Assembly: GCA_000934665.2 (NCBI GenBank) | Contig: JYFJ02001448.1 | Coordinates: 1 to 64,000 of the forward strand | Length of the DNA stretch: 64,000 nucleotides | Source: Catajapyx aquilonaris | Taxonomy: Eukaryota | Reading direction: 5' to 3' | Shown: one piece after another, positions 14,501 to 28,842 of the stretch | How the letters are laid out: each line of letters begins with the position of its first letter | How positions within the stretch are numbered: position 1 is the first letter of the stretch | Notes under the pieces: generated by a model | Databases searched by the model: none | What the model saw: only the letters and a program-made list of their open reading frames with translations | Told to the model about the DNA's origin: nothing | Translations under genes and position numbers: made by a program

Positions 14501-17500
14501 TGGGGGGAAAGAAGGAATGAAGAAGAAGTAGGACAGAAATCCATCAGAAAGTGGTCGGCATCCAATCAGACTCCCTGAGGGGTCTACGTAGTACAAGTGA
14601 AGCTTTGCAGCCAGAGTCTGGGTTGGTTGCCTGCAGGTCCCCTAGGCGCCTTTACAAAAGAGGACAAATTCGGATTCCGACGACGGCGTGGTTGGCCCCT
14701 GCTGCGTGCCAGACACCAGATTGAAACCTGCAGTTCTATATGCCTCACAGAAACTGTGCTACCTACTTACCCTTGCTTCTTGGCCCAATCAAAATCCTCT
14801 ATGGCAAGTTTCCCCATCGTCCCCCCTCCAGGTTTTGATCGAGCTTGCAAGCTACATCACAATTGAATTGTGGCCAAGCGGTTAATTACCCGCAAAATTA
14901 ATAACCCATTAACTCAACCGTAATCCTCAAATGGAAGCTCTCACGCAGAAACCGAATCAATGAAGCATTTGCTCAAAGCCTGGGAGGGCCACGGGATGGT
15001 ATTTTTGGCAACAATCACAAACTGGTTTGGTGAAAAGCGATTCGGAAAAAAACAGGATTACGCGAGTTAAAGCCAATACATGGCTTTCATACTTTGAGGC
15101 GAATTGAAAGCAAAGCCAACATTATGTGCAGTACAGTGGGTATGAGGGTTGCTATGTGCGGTGTTTGTAGGTTATGTCCAGTGGGAACAGGATGGCCCTG
15201 TTTATGAGCTTGTCCGCTGCAGTATATGACCGGTTACTGGTCTAATTGTTCGGTTATGACGAAGTAAATTTTAATGAATTTTTGCTGCACACAACCGTTC
15301 ATCAGTAGCCTACTAATCTTTCCGTGTGTAAAGGAAATATGCCAATACCGTAATACTGAAGCCATGATCGGGTGTATTTTCATTATAGTTAACACACTGA
15401 TACCGGTTTATCACTTAATTAATCTAGACAAGGCCGTAATAAGAACCGGTCCTACCGGCAGAGCTATGACTTGACGCTGAAAAGCGTTGCCCTCGGAGGT
15501 GTATTCTTGAAGTACGGTACTCACAAGTCAGAGGGGTGGAAGTCTGACGCTGCATATTTGGAGCCTTTGCTCAGGGATCTGTTGCAGTGGATCGGAATAC
15601 AGCTGCTGTCTCATCTACATCACCCATATTATACAGGGGGGCAAGGAAGGGTATAGTCTATTATTCTCTGCAGAATGTTCCATAGTATCACCAAAGGACT
15701 TGTAGGGACTTCTAAAGGACGAGAGAATCACTTTATGGAGGGGTATAATGGGCTTTTGTTATTGCAGAGTATCTTGAAAGGTTTGCATCTGATCACATAC
15801 GAGGCGCACCTGAAAAGACCGGTTTTTGCTACTAGCCAAGGGCACACATGCTTCTCTTGATAATGACCTACAGTACTCTTTTGGTGTGTCGATCAGCTGT
15901 GGCAACCCATCTGGCACATAAAGCGTTTTACATATTGTGATAAAGACATAACCACTAATCAGTTTGCTAACAAACTGCTGACGACAGAGTAACAACGTTT
16001 CACGTGCGCCGGCTAGGTGAGAAGACAACTAGTTATATACTGTACAGTACCTGCCATGCTCAACCATGCTCAAGAAGTTATGTTCGTATTGTGTCTCGCG
16101 TAGTGTTTTGCAGGCACCACCATGGTCTGAAGGATCATATAACCTACTTCAGCATACTGTACCCGGTTCACTATCAGAAATAATTGCGTGTTCGTACACC
16201 GGTGACAAGTGGTCATTTTTGTTACACGAATGAGCTGAATTGTCTATTTCATTACTTTGGTGACCAAGGGAGATCCCTAAACTTTATGTAAAAAGGATAC
16301 TCCGATGTTTTAATATGCACTGGGTATATAGCATGCACTTGCACCAACCACCGGCAGAGAACGCATATTTTCGGACGCGCCGTATGTGTGGTCGTACAAA
16401 TCTTCCAAGCTACATAATAAATAGCCAATTATCTTGATAATGGAGCTGCGGAGCCTGTGCGGAGCTCTCTGGGCCATATGCGTTGTCGGTATTATTAAAG
16501 AACACCCTGTAGAGCTCCTTGCTGAATCAACAATATGTAGGCTACTGCATGTAATTTCGATAATTAAAAAACAAGTCTTAAAAATGTTCTGATTTGGGAA
16601 ATTTAAACCTTCGTGCTTTTGAATATGAAAATTGCATTCCAACTTTATACTATAGGATCCTAACTGACATCGTACAATATAGCCTATATCCTAAAGGCTT
16701 TAAAGATCAAATAGTTTTCAGGGGCTATTGGTTAGTGTTGAGACCCTTGAGGCAAAGCCAAAGGATGTAAGACGACCTGAGCTAACAGAGTGACATTTGG
16801 AGATGCTACCTGTAGCTTGTTGACAAAAGAGTGCATCATGCACCACCGTCGCTGCAGGCAAGGCTCGATCGGAAGGAAAAAAAGGAATTACCATTCCCCG
16901 AAGACTTTCTCACCTCAAACCTTTTGCGTCGCTCAGTGGCGACGAGAAGTGTTTCAAGAGGATCTCTTTCGCTTCTGTGCCGCACCACTCTCTTAGCTCA
17001 ACGAAAGGAAGGAAGCTTTTTGCCCAGTGGCCCATGCTCCATTCCAAGGCTCAAAAAAAAAAAGAAGGAAGAGGGAGAGCTGAGTCCCAGCCAGCCAGCC
17101 AGCCAGCTAGCTTCTTCATTTGTGCCAACCAGACCTGATGAATAAATGTAGTGGAGGATGGTGTCGTATCCTAGGCAAAAGTATAGGAAAGGGAGTCAGG
17201 AGTGGAGCCCTAGAAAGATTGATTAATGGAGAGGCGACACTCTTTGAATCCTCCTTCTCTTTTCTTCACTCTTTCCTGTCCTTCCTCTCATCTGGGCCAT
17301 CTGAGGGCTTCCTCTGACACGGACACCCACCGCTCCTTTCCCAAATCATTCATGAGGACTTCCCTTAAAATAATGGCACTCTGAACCAGCAGATAGAGGT
17401 AGGTCACATGCCTCAGTGACACTGCATGGAGAACATCCATGGCTAAGGTTAAGCTGACAATAAAGGGAGCACTTGAATAATGATCCAGCGACTGAATGTT

Positions 17501-19967
17501 ATGTACAGTAAGTGAACTAAGGTAATATTAATTTTAACCACACGTCAGGTGAAACGAATTTTAAATCACAGCCTGCGGGGGAGTGTACTTGTGCACGAGT
17601 ACAGGTAAATATGTTAAGATCTGTGCGACTTATAGTTTGGGAAACTGATTAACTGGTGAACTATTGACAAGTGAAGCCATTTAATAGTTAAGAGTGTTTT
17701 AGGACCCTTCAGACTTATTTGTGAGGATGAGGATTGCCATGAGGGTAAATAAATTAATCACTGTCTCAAATCTGTCGTGATTCTGAAGCTTGCGAATACA
17801 TTTCTTTCGTACGTGGACGGGGGCAGAATAAGTAAGTTGAAAGATTAACATGAAATTTCATATTTAAGCTGAATCAAGAATTTGCCACATGTATAGTCTA
17901 CTTTCTGATTTCAGTTTACTGTATAATCCCAAGTAAAGTTCATGTTAGTAATATGTAAATTCTCTCGCCCAGGGCTGTACCAACTTGTATTATGCGTTCG
18001 AATACGTTAGTCGAACATTCTCTGAATAACATCTCTATACGAAAAAAAAGGCTTGAAGAGTTAAAAACGAACTTTTAAAAATCAAACTAGATTTGACTGA
18101 TCAGACAATTTCTCACAAATATAAGTGCATATTAGAATTCACAATGTATGCTCTGCTCTTAAAAGCTCTTTGATGACGAAGTTCTAGTGCCATGTGATAT
18201 GTATTTTTCGTTGTAATCATGTTTATACGAGTAATAAGGCTACACCAAGCCTATCATGCCCTACGCCCCATTCGATGATGTATACTGTAGATATGTAGAC
18301 AACAGAGTGCAATATCATAACAATATGTGACAGTGGTTCCTGGTTCGGGATCAAAGGTTATAAGCCAAAACAGAAAGAGCAAAAGGAGTAGTAGAAGACG
18401 TGACTTAGGAAGGATCAGTCACACCGGAAAGAGTTGAGATATAATGACTATTCTTTGTGTTTGAAGGCTGTGTGATCTTTTAGGAAAATTCTTTTCCCAC
18501 ATTTGATACGGAAATTTTGTTTCTCTAGCAAAAAAACACTTAGGTCTAGTAAGAGTTTTAAAAACTTACATGGTCGTGAACAAATACACGTCGAAGAGGA
18601 CTGTACAGTACATCGTATAATACGTAACTCAATAAGGGGTTGCAAGTATGTTTCTTTTAGAAAATCTCACCTTTGACACTTCTGAGATAATAGAGAAGGA
18701 TAATAATGTTTGTTTAGCTTCATTCTGGTTCCATTGGCCAATTTAAGACTTAACTTATGGAAAAACTACGCGTAGATCAAGTAGGCACTAAATTACAATC
18801 AAAACATGTTGTAGAGAGACCCATATTTTTCTTCTGAAAGTGTTTAATAAAAGTTATCTCCGAGGATATAACGATCTTTGACAAAAATATATACCTCATT
18901 AATATAGTAATATTAATAATATTCTATAAAGTAATAAAGGGGAAATAATCTGTGCTCACTCATGACTCATCTACACATTGTAATTACGGATTCGCAATAA
19001 AAACATGCTGGTATAAAGCGAATGATGATATATCTCAGTTTCTTCTCTGAAATGTATAAATATTGGTACCTTGGAAATTTCATAGCCTAGACCTGTACAA
19101 TATAGCCTATCTTAATGACCTCATGTTAACAAGTACTCACTGTCAGAGTGTCAGTGCAGTATGACATCACACTGGCAATACACACCATCAATACCCATAC
19201 ATGTGGTAGGGAGAGCTGGCCAAATAGTTTTGCATATGATGTCAAATTTTTATCACGTTCATTTTTGGCATCGGTCGAAATTTTGATTTTACTAGTAAAA
19301 TCCTTCGGGCGACAGTTTTCGGCTTGCATAATTAGGTTACAGTGTTGACAACTATGGCACAGTATGATATTCCCATACTATCCGTATATACGTATGACGC
19401 TATAGGATTGGTCTTGTTTGGTCAGTTTGAAACATATTCATTAAAACACATATTGGGGCCTACATGAAGCCGATTTTCAGAAATGTCAAGTGGGGACCTG
19501 ATACAGCACAATATGACTTCCACTTTGAAAATTCGTACAATTTTAGGTCAGAATTTGACACCACCACTGACTGTGAGTGCTTATTACAGTATGTCTACAT
19601 CAGCCATTTCGCTGTACATGTAGGTCCTACTGTATGTTTTGGCGAAAACTTTTTTTTGCGCAGTACAGTAAAAGGACTTTCTGTCACCTATTCAAGGGCA
19701 ATGTTTCGGAACAAGTAGCAATCTACAATCAGCAAACTTTGCAATGTGCTAAAGCATAAGCAAAAAAGATGGTGACAGAGTCGTCGAGAATGCGGTCGGC
19801 TTCTTTCCGTAGGCAGCTTTTATTATTCTTAGTTTTTCTTTGATTTCTCTTTGTTATCTAGCATCTATAATTAATTACCAACATGGATAATTATCAAGAT
19901 TTGGTGAAGTACCGTATTGCATAGTGTAATATTTAAATTTAATATTCAGTGTCTGTCATCTGAGATG

Positions 19968-20064
19968 ATTAAAACTTGTGAAAATAAACCTATAAACAAC
20001 CTGTACCCTCCACCCCTGGAGGGTGGGACGGGTTGTTTTTAGGTTTATTTTCACAAGTTTTAAT
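19968..20064. repeat. Near-perfect 97 bp palindrome (foldback or collapsed-MITE-like hairpin)
   Basis: The left arm attaaaacttgtgaaaataaacctataaacaacctgt-accctcca pairs with the right arm tggagggtgggacgggttgtttttaggtttattttcacaagttttaat, with 2 mismatches, a 3-nt bulge and a cccc loop. Confidence 0.9.
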
Positions 20065-21919
20065 TTAGTTCATATGTTGGGTTAGCTTGCGTCTCCCTTC
20101 ATCGCTGACTACCCCTCATAGGGAAATGTCGTGATGTTGATTGATTTTTTAAAAATTGATAATTATGAGTTTCAATCAATTCAGCAGCAGGTTGGAGAAG
20201 CATGGAGTTACGAGATCCTCCCTCCGCATGTGCAATGTTATGATTAAGTTCGAATTATTTTCACCAGATAAAACACATAGCAACTACAGAGTAGCTCTTT
20301 CAGATGAGCCTATTATTTTGTTTCCCGCATAGAGATCCACACAATATAGTATGCCTTTTATTGATCCAGCAATAAAAGGCATGTGGGATTCACTATATTT
20401 TATGCTTGCACTTGTATGTTACAACAATGAAGGATTGCAGGAGGAATGCATGGTTTCTGAGCAAAGACCATTTTTGTCAAGAGACTGCCTCAGTGGCTAT
20501 CTTGTTCCCACGCATAACTATACTTTTTCATAAAATGCATAAGAATATTATTTTAAGCCATCCACCGAATGATCTTTACAATGTGAAGATTATTCTGTAG
20601 ATGTGTTAAATTTCACATTAAATGTAAAATTTAAATTCAAAGAAATTCCTCCCGACGCTTGTGCTCATTAAAACATGTTTAGTATTATGTCACAGCAAGA
20701 ATAATGTGAAAATCTGGCCACCTAATAGTTGGACCAATGATTTTATCATTTGGGGTTCATAGTCAGACATTAACCTCACACCATATACATTCTCCAGTTT
20801 ACATGTTAAGGAGGGAAGATTAATAAGAGAAACACTTACATCATGGGTAATTTTTGAGTCATTTTGGCCATGATTAAATTCAATACCTTTTTTCTTGACG
20901 TGAAGAGTCGGAGGTTAGCTAAATCTGTTGGTACGAGTACGAGGGGGAAAAAGGAAAGCCTCTGCTTGCACGTGTCAAGAGAACCATGTATGTACTCATT
21001 GTACTGGCACTGACTGGCACATATACATGTTCCTGGTGATGGGTTTATGTTGTTATTAGATTACATTTTGTTGTCCAAGGTGGTCGTTTTTAAGAATAAT
21101 TTATTACTTGAAGAGTCCTTTAGCATCTTACACCAAGGCAAGGAAATATTTCAACAGGGAGTAAAAAATCCAAAAGTTGTGAATTTACTGGAATAATCTA
21201 AAATCAGGAAGAAAGAAGGTTACACAGTAATAATAAGGTGCTGGGACAGCACTATCACTCCTAGTTTCCAAGGGCAAAGAACTATGGTGTCAATGGGTTT
21301 TGGTAGGTGATCTGAAAAATGCAGAATAAATCCTGTCAACCAAATTCTCTTTCCACTAGAGCACATGGATTTGCACTTACATGGTAATGTATGTCCTAAT
21401 ACGTTGCACAGAAGACAACACTTTCAACTCATCTACAGTTCATGCAGATTTGGATCCAACATGTCCTGGTGAAAATGTCTTCTTTAGGGTTCTCAGGTCT
21501 TCTACTAGGCAGGAATTCTATGACTGTGGGTTTTGGTACTTCAGGCCTTCCATAGGGGTTCTAAAACAGCAGTCCAAGGCCCACCAGTGGGCTGTGAGGA
21601 CCTCCAAGTTGGTAACGACCTGATCAAAACTCCAAGCTCCTTATTAGAATTTTACCAATAAATTATAACTTCGCATATTCAAAAAGTAACAGAAACTCCA
21701 TGTGAAATGCAACAAAAAAACATAATAACAACAACAATAATTGTAGGGGTAGTGCTTTTCACCTTATCGGTATCTTCGCATGGACCTTTATTATTACTCA
21801 ATTGTACATTAGATGTATGTACACATTTGGAACCATATTTGCGAAATGCCCGGGCCCACAGGCAGGATGACAGGAGAGGATGTGCAAAGTGCAGTGCAAT
21901 GCCGTTGCTAATGTCATTT

Positions 21920-22083
21920 TGTGAACTCCCCCTGGTGGATTAGTCTAAGGAAATTCCATCCAAGACGAAGCCAGAGACGACCCAACTCTGCACGAGATGA
22001 AGGGGGGTACCCCGGGCTGGGATCAAACCAGGGACCTTAACATCCGTGGGCACATACGTTACCACAGCGCCACTCCGCCTCCC
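21920..22083 (-). mobile_element. tRNA-derived SINE (short, degenerate)
   Basis: Minus strand reads GGAGGCGGAGTGGCGCTGTGGTAACG...AGGTCCCTGGTTTGATCCCAGCC, giving Pol III A box TGGCGCTGTGG (22062-22072) and B box GGTTTGATCCC (22019-22029) at tRNA-like spacing. A non-tRNA body follows and there is no intact cloverleaf. Confidence 0.65.
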
Positions 22084-25000
22084 TGGTAAAAAAGCACACT
22101 AAGGTGTCCTGGTTGGCAACTGTTAGATCCTTTATTTCCTAACCCTCTTTGCAAAAATGCCAGCAGGGCCTCCTGGCAGGGTTAGCCACCCTGACCTGTG
22201 CAAGGAGATTTTCTTAATGTACACCTATGTGGATTTTATAATTAACTTATGTTGCAGCTCTTTAAAGCAAGACTACTATTTAACAGCCTATTTAATTTAA
22301 TGCTGGTCCAAGGTGGAATGTCAAGACTTCTAATATTACTATTTAAATAATTAAGTAGCCTACTATTTGGCTATTAAAATTTTTAAAGGAATTTCTCCCA
22401 GAAAATGCTTCAATTAGTATGGTGCTTGCACTCTGCAGCAACTAAGGAACTGAGCCCTGACTGAGCCATCATGTGAATATGACGATTTGTGTTACTTTCT
22501 AACAATTTATGGTCAACCAAGAACTTACTCGTAAACGATGGAAGTTCACCTGACACCAAGAAATGACCATGCACTTGACCCCAGCACCAGACGGGAATGA
22601 GAGGAGCATCAGCCTTGTAGCCCACATATAGGACCATGCATCCTTTGTGCAGGCACAACTTGATTTGACAGAATGCAGTACATCTTTTCTCCACTGAGGA
22701 ATCCCGAACAAAAGCAGCTGAATTCCCAAGCAGACGTCCTCCAACAGAGCCTGCAGAGGACAAGGTATCAGTTTCCTTTGTGATCAAAAGTAAGGTTACA
22801 GGAAAAATTGCGTACCTTCTCACCAGTTTCTCCAGATGGCTATTATGATGATTAATATAATTTTACCAAGTCACAGATGTTTTGCCGGTTGTCGTCCTTG
22901 GCCAGGATGGCAAGTGACAATACTGCACCCTACGTTAGAGATATGAACACCACCACTGAAACCTGTACGAGATAGCTTCCTCTGTCTTACAAGGCCACAT
23001 CAGAGGCACGAATTTTGGTAACACGTCATCAAAACAAGCTAGCTAGGGCTTGGGTGTAAGATACTGGAGCAGCATGTATAATAATACACATTTTTTTATT
23101 TCATGAACCAAAATGAAACGAAAAGATGAACAGTTAGAGAGTTCTATGTACAGTACAGCTTGCATGAAATATTACATTGTCATCATGTGCAACCAGGATT
23201 CTCGCAGCTTTGGAAACAAGACAGCTCGGGAAGGACTGGGGTCACAACTACAGAATGGTCATTGGGCTGGTATGAATGAAGCACGTCAGGTTATTGCTAC
23301 AACTTACATGCATGAGTGAGTGTACGTTGCACGCGAGCCTTCTTGATATGTCGGCATAGGGGTAGTTTGGATATGTGACCAACACGTTGGGAAAGCAAGC
23401 CTCCAGGTGGTTGGCAGGCTCATGTAAGCATTCTTATGTGGATTGACAGAAAAGCTGATATCAAAATACGCGTTAGTGATGGTGCACGCAGCTTCGTCCC
23501 GTGCACTGTGTCGGTAGAGAGGGCATGGATTAATAAACACGGTTGGTCCCATTTCCAATCCTCCTTCTTGGGAGTTGCTGGTGGGCCAACGACCCAACCA
23601 CCCCACAAAGGCGCGAATTTTATTCCTTGGTTACACAATGAGCTCAATGACCACCTGTCCCCAAATTCAGGAAGGATTTTCATCTGGGTGCATCACAGTT
23701 TCGCACCCAACAAGAATTATGTGGCGTGGGAATGTGTACACGTGTAGTGGAGCAACTAGGACGGCCATACTAATAAAGCGAGGACAGACAACAGTTGCAT
23801 CAAACACGTCCTTCACGTCACGTCAGGGTTTAAGATTGGCAGTGTGACCATGCCCAGCTTACTCGTTCACATGTCTTCAACAGGTACTGTTCGACGGTCA
23901 GGTTACTTTTAAAAGTCTTTCGGAATTCCATACTTCTTTCTTTTGTTCCTGAGTGACACACCAAGGAAGGGGCCTGCCACGCTTTCCACTGAGAGCAAGA
24001 GCAAACGAGCTCCTAGGTGTCCGGAGTTGTAAAAAAGACAGAAAAGGACAGGAATTCAGAAAGACCCTGCTCAACAATTGGCCAGATAATTACATTTCAT
24101 CCCGCTCCTTGTCGCGTGGTTGGCCATATTTATATACAAAAAATTCCTCCAAGTATGCTCTCAAGTGCAACCTTACGATAAGCATCTTGGAAGGCGAAAA
24201 CACAAAACTTGACTCTTGTTAGGCACCGCACACATTTGTACCCGCCCTGGCCTTCAAAGATTGCACTCAAAAATTCCACTGTACTTTGTTAGTTATCACC
24301 AGCCTTTGCACTTCCTTACAGCCACTTCTTTCAGTACAGTTCCACCCAACATCAGGTAGGAGCACAACTACACTCAAAAATAGGTACCTTCTGCTTCACA
24401 ACTTTTTTTTAAAGAGACTCTGCTAAGCACTACTCTCACGACAACACTAGCACTTCTTCATGGTAAACAGGATAAGATGAAAACCATTTTCTTGTTGGAC
24501 ACAAAAGGACTCACGTCCCTAAATCTATTTCTACACATCAACATTCTCCAAGTGGCCCATGAGGATTTATGCATATCCATAGCTTGGTGGTGGCAAGTGT
24601 CAACTTAGTTTGCCTACGACTTCGAAGGGAAACGAAACTGTCCACACTAACGAGGGACAGAGAGAGTGTGTGTCAGGTGTCAAAATCTCATGTCGGGTAG
24701 CAGCATAAGTAGTGCCCTTATATCCAGGCAGTCCAAACGTTACGCTATGAACAAAAGTCCTTGATGCCAGCGCATAAGTATGCTGAAGTCACAGCTAGTT
24801 GTTGTTGACATCAAGTTGGTTACAGTACTCCCCAGTGCAAATGTGTTCACAGTAACAAATTGTCTGGTGACTGAAAAGGGTCTAAGGCAATTACAATACC
24901 ATACTTTGGTTCAGAGAGCAACATTTGGACCACTGACATCCTGCACTCTTGTAAGCCAAACGTCAAGAGTGGCACCTGAACTACAGGCAGATGGCTTGGC

Positions 25001-27167
25001 TTTGCAGCCACATGACCTCCTCTTAACATAGCAGGTGGTCAGAGGCACTCTAGTTCCACATATGAATGTATTCACGAGTCACCATTGTTTGTCACTACCA
25101 CTAATTGTGGTACTTCCATTCTTGGCCATACATGCAGGTAAGTAAGTAGCACTTGAACCCACGTTTCTAGAATTTTTTTCCAGCTTTCACACTGTAAATG
25201 ACATCATACTCATTCATTCAAATTATTCCTGCTGGCTACCTCTGTTTTTAATGGTAGCCATTATTCTCTCTCTAACTGGCGTTTAATCTCAAGCAACAAT
25301 TTGAAATGATTTGCCAACTAGTCCAAATTACACTGCTCATCCTACAAATTATGCATCAGGTGGATTTGTGCATGATGCTATGTTAGTCACTCGTTGGAAT
25401 CCACATGACAGAACTTCATGCAGCTGCGTCCAAACCACAGATGTAGGAATGGAGCAAGTCACAAGATGCAAGATGAGAATAATACCCAGCCTTTGATAAA
25501 TGTAAATTTTGCGAGTATGAGATGTACAGCACTAGTGGTTCTGTGAGCTATCCAATTCACCGACACAAAGACTATGCAATGTTGCCACAGCTGCAGTATC
25601 AAATGCATCTTTAGGAAAATCACTCAGCACTGATGGTATCTCATTGCCAGCTCCCTCACAGAATGTCCCTAGTTGGAAAACAAAAACAAGCACACCTGTC
25701 ATCAGCGTATTTTTGACTCCCATCTGAAGATGTTGGTACAAAAGCAATCGATCCGTACACCCTGCGCTTCAAAAACCTACAAGATGCTACCAGCTCGTAA
25801 AATAATTTATGTAGTTGCCAACGAAAGTAGCTACAAGTGCAAAATTAAAGGATGACACACAATGATAACATGCAAAAAAAAAGATGAATTACATTTTAAT
25901 AATAATAAGAGTAGCAGTAATAGTAAACAATACTAATAATGCACAAAGCCATATTATGCTAAATATGTACAAAGCACAATTTGTTGATTTTGTCATTTTT
26001 TTTCATACAATTTTCCCTCGGTTTTGTGATTTTTTAAGGGATTTTATACACATTCCACAAAAACTATCGCCGCAAGTGATGGTGGGACGTGGGTTTTGCT
26101 CACTTTGCAAATCTATGTGGCCAACTCATTCATGCTTAGGTGACCTCGTGTCCCTCAAAGTTCCCGATTCATAAATATATACACAAATCTCTTTATCAGG
26201 TTTCTGTACAGTTTTACAATTTATGCAGATGTGTTCATCACACATATCACTCTCTCACTCTCACTCTTTCCCATCCATATAGTATTTATATTCTATATAT
26301 AACTCTTATTTATCTTTTCATTTTTACCATTGCGTGGTTGTTGCCCACCAACTTGGTACAGTAGTCTGCCATCCAACACCGGGTTCCCACACCAATATTA
26401 ACCTTTCAGAATCCTTCCGCACCATGTCTTTGGAAACATCAGTTTTACTAGTTTACATAGCGAGCATTGTTCTCGCTAATAATGCCCTATCACCTTCACG
26501 TTTCCTTAAAAAATCTATGTACAATTCTTTGACAACTCAAAAAAATTACAATAATACCAGTGCAGTCAGACTGACCCAAATTTCAATCTTTGTGCATGCG
26601 CCACGTTTGACACCTCTTACTTGTAAAAGTCAAACCTACCAAGAATGTACTGGCAACTACCTGTCAGCGATTTTTGGACTGCTGTATGATCCCATTCCTT
26701 GACTAGCACTTCAGTTATTCATGTTATTCTGTGTGTCACACCTTAGTTGAAAAACATCAAGGTGGCTGGAACCCACGACTCTGTGCAAAGACCGCCTCTG
26801 TCACTTGCTGCCAGTACATCCTTTAAAAATAAGTGCCCCGGTGTTGCATGGGGTTGGTGGTGGGGATCGAGAAAAGGGTTCACGATTGGAGCAACATGCT
26901 CACAGCAATGCTTTAGCTTCCGACAAATTCACTGGTACCTTTTCAGGATTCACCAAACCCATTTTCACACTGGGCTATTATGACATTACCAATACATACA
27001 ACACTTCTTTTCCCTCCTTTGTTCATATTTCATTGAGAATGGAGGTGGTCAATCCAGATAAAACCATACCTAACCCAAAAACCAACTGCACTTGCGTCGC
27101 TTTCCTTAAGATTGGAATGCACAGCATGAACATTACAGTTGGTAAGGTAATCCTCACAAATTAATTC

Positions 27168-27216
<49 letters not shown>
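27168..27216. repeat. (TAA)n microsatellite, about 16 units
   Basis: Direct reading of the taataa... tract. Confidence 0.95.
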
Positions 27217-27217
<1 letters not shown>

Positions 27218-28842
27218 GTGATGATGATTAAAAGATTCCCTCTTGCAATGATCACACGTACACACATAAGGTACACACATGTACACTGACGTACATGGAC
27301 AAGAGTTGAAAAAATAATATAAAGCGATAAGAGAGGGCTGCATGGAGGATTGCATTTCCCCGGACGGGACTCGAGACAATTTGTACTCTAGGCGATGAAT
27401 ACTTTCAGCTCAGGTTTGTGGCTCAACCCCTTCCAGATGTGCATCATGAGACAAAACAATAAAAAGCAATAATAAAACTACATCGAGATCAGGAAACAAC
27501 TCGTCTACAGCACAAATGGGAACCCTTCAAGCAATATTGGATAGTATTGAAAAGAAATAAGTGGCGCTGATGGTCAGGGAAACTGACAGAGCAAGTTACA
27601 AGAGCATGAATGAGTAAGCAAAGGGGCAAGCAAGGGCCATCAAGACCCACATTCATTCAATCATCTCTCACTCCTCCAAGCTTGCTGGCAGTACATTATG
27701 GCGCAAATCTGTGATTTTCCCTTTGCCGACACAAAACTACTTCTGGTTACCAAAAGAAATTGCATCCTGCACCAAACCAATAAATTTCCCTGATCACGAC
27801 ACCAAAGTATTTTCTCAAATTAAATGGAGGGGAGGGAGGTTGGGGGGAGGGGGGCGACCAATTAGTTTCTCTACAGGACTCAGTCTACACACCATAGCAG
27901 GATTGTATCATTTTTTCCACTTCTTTCCTGAGATTACACACCTTTCCCTAACAACTGTTCACCCATTATGTTGTGTCTGTATTTGTGTGTGTATGTGTAT
28001 TATGTGCAGGTGTATGTACGATTTTTTTGGGAGCGGGCCTACTGCAGTCTTGTTGTGACAGAAAACCACGCTAGTCTAAACTTGCAACACCACCAAGGCT
28101 TTAGTACAATTTTGAAGTGAAAATTTTGGCGCAGTGTGTCACAATTCAGGAACAATCTGGACACTTGTGCATCAATGCCAAAGTAACTCCCAAAGCCCAG
28201 AATGCCATTCTTAATACATGTAGTTCGACAAGAAAATAATTAAAAAAAAGGAAGGAAATAAAAAAGATATGAAGCCGTCCTAGTATTTTGTTCCCAGTCA
28301 GGCTTCAAAAGATTGCCAAGTAGCACATAGAAATGTTCCTCTCATTATGTACAATCCACATACATAAATAATTTATGCATAGTGTTTTCAGTTATTCCAA
28401 ATATAGAAATAATATCTTTGTGTTTTATTGTTGATGACTAGAGCAAGAAACCAAAAAAATGTATTTGGCTCCCCTCATTCACACAAAAAAGTGTGGTGTG
28501 GTTTTGTTTGTTTGGTGGGTTCCTCACACATGCATGCATTATCAACTATATACTGGCACTCTTTCTTGGGTGTGTTGGGTGGGACAGGAACCACCTTCCC
28601 ATTGAGAAAAAATAAGCAGCCCCAAAATGATAATAATTTTAAAACTGGGTGTGGGGTTATCCTCGGGTGCGACAGATCTCCCTCCAGCAGCCATCTTGTC
28701 CTGTTGCATTTTTTTGACAGCGTCGGTAGATTTGTTGGTCCTGGGTGTTCTACAGGTCTCCTATAGGCAAGAAGTACCTTACGTCAAAACAATGCCCTTC
28801 CTGTGTTATTGCTCTGGGTATTACGATTAAAACGAATCTAAC

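Larger units (their letters stand above)
21787..28842 (-). other. Putative long 3'UTR of Mad/Mxi1 with tandem polyadenylation signals
   Basis: Non-coding and U/GU-rich on the minus strand after the TAG at 28843. Minus-strand AATAAA at about 28424, 23095 and 21787; the distal two are preceded by TGTA elements. Several Pumilio elements are present. The extent is inferred. Confidence 0.5.

Noticed and set aside
21920..22083. Functional tRNA gene (also considered for 41910-41985)
   Set aside because: A and B boxes are present, but the acceptor and anticodon stems do not pair and there is no adjacent poly-T terminator. Better explained as SINE heads.
24260..27491. Single seed matches for miR-92, miR-9 and bantam in the putative Mad/Mxi1 3'UTR
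   Set aside because: One 7-mer each in a 6-7 kb UTR is close to chance expectation without conservation data.
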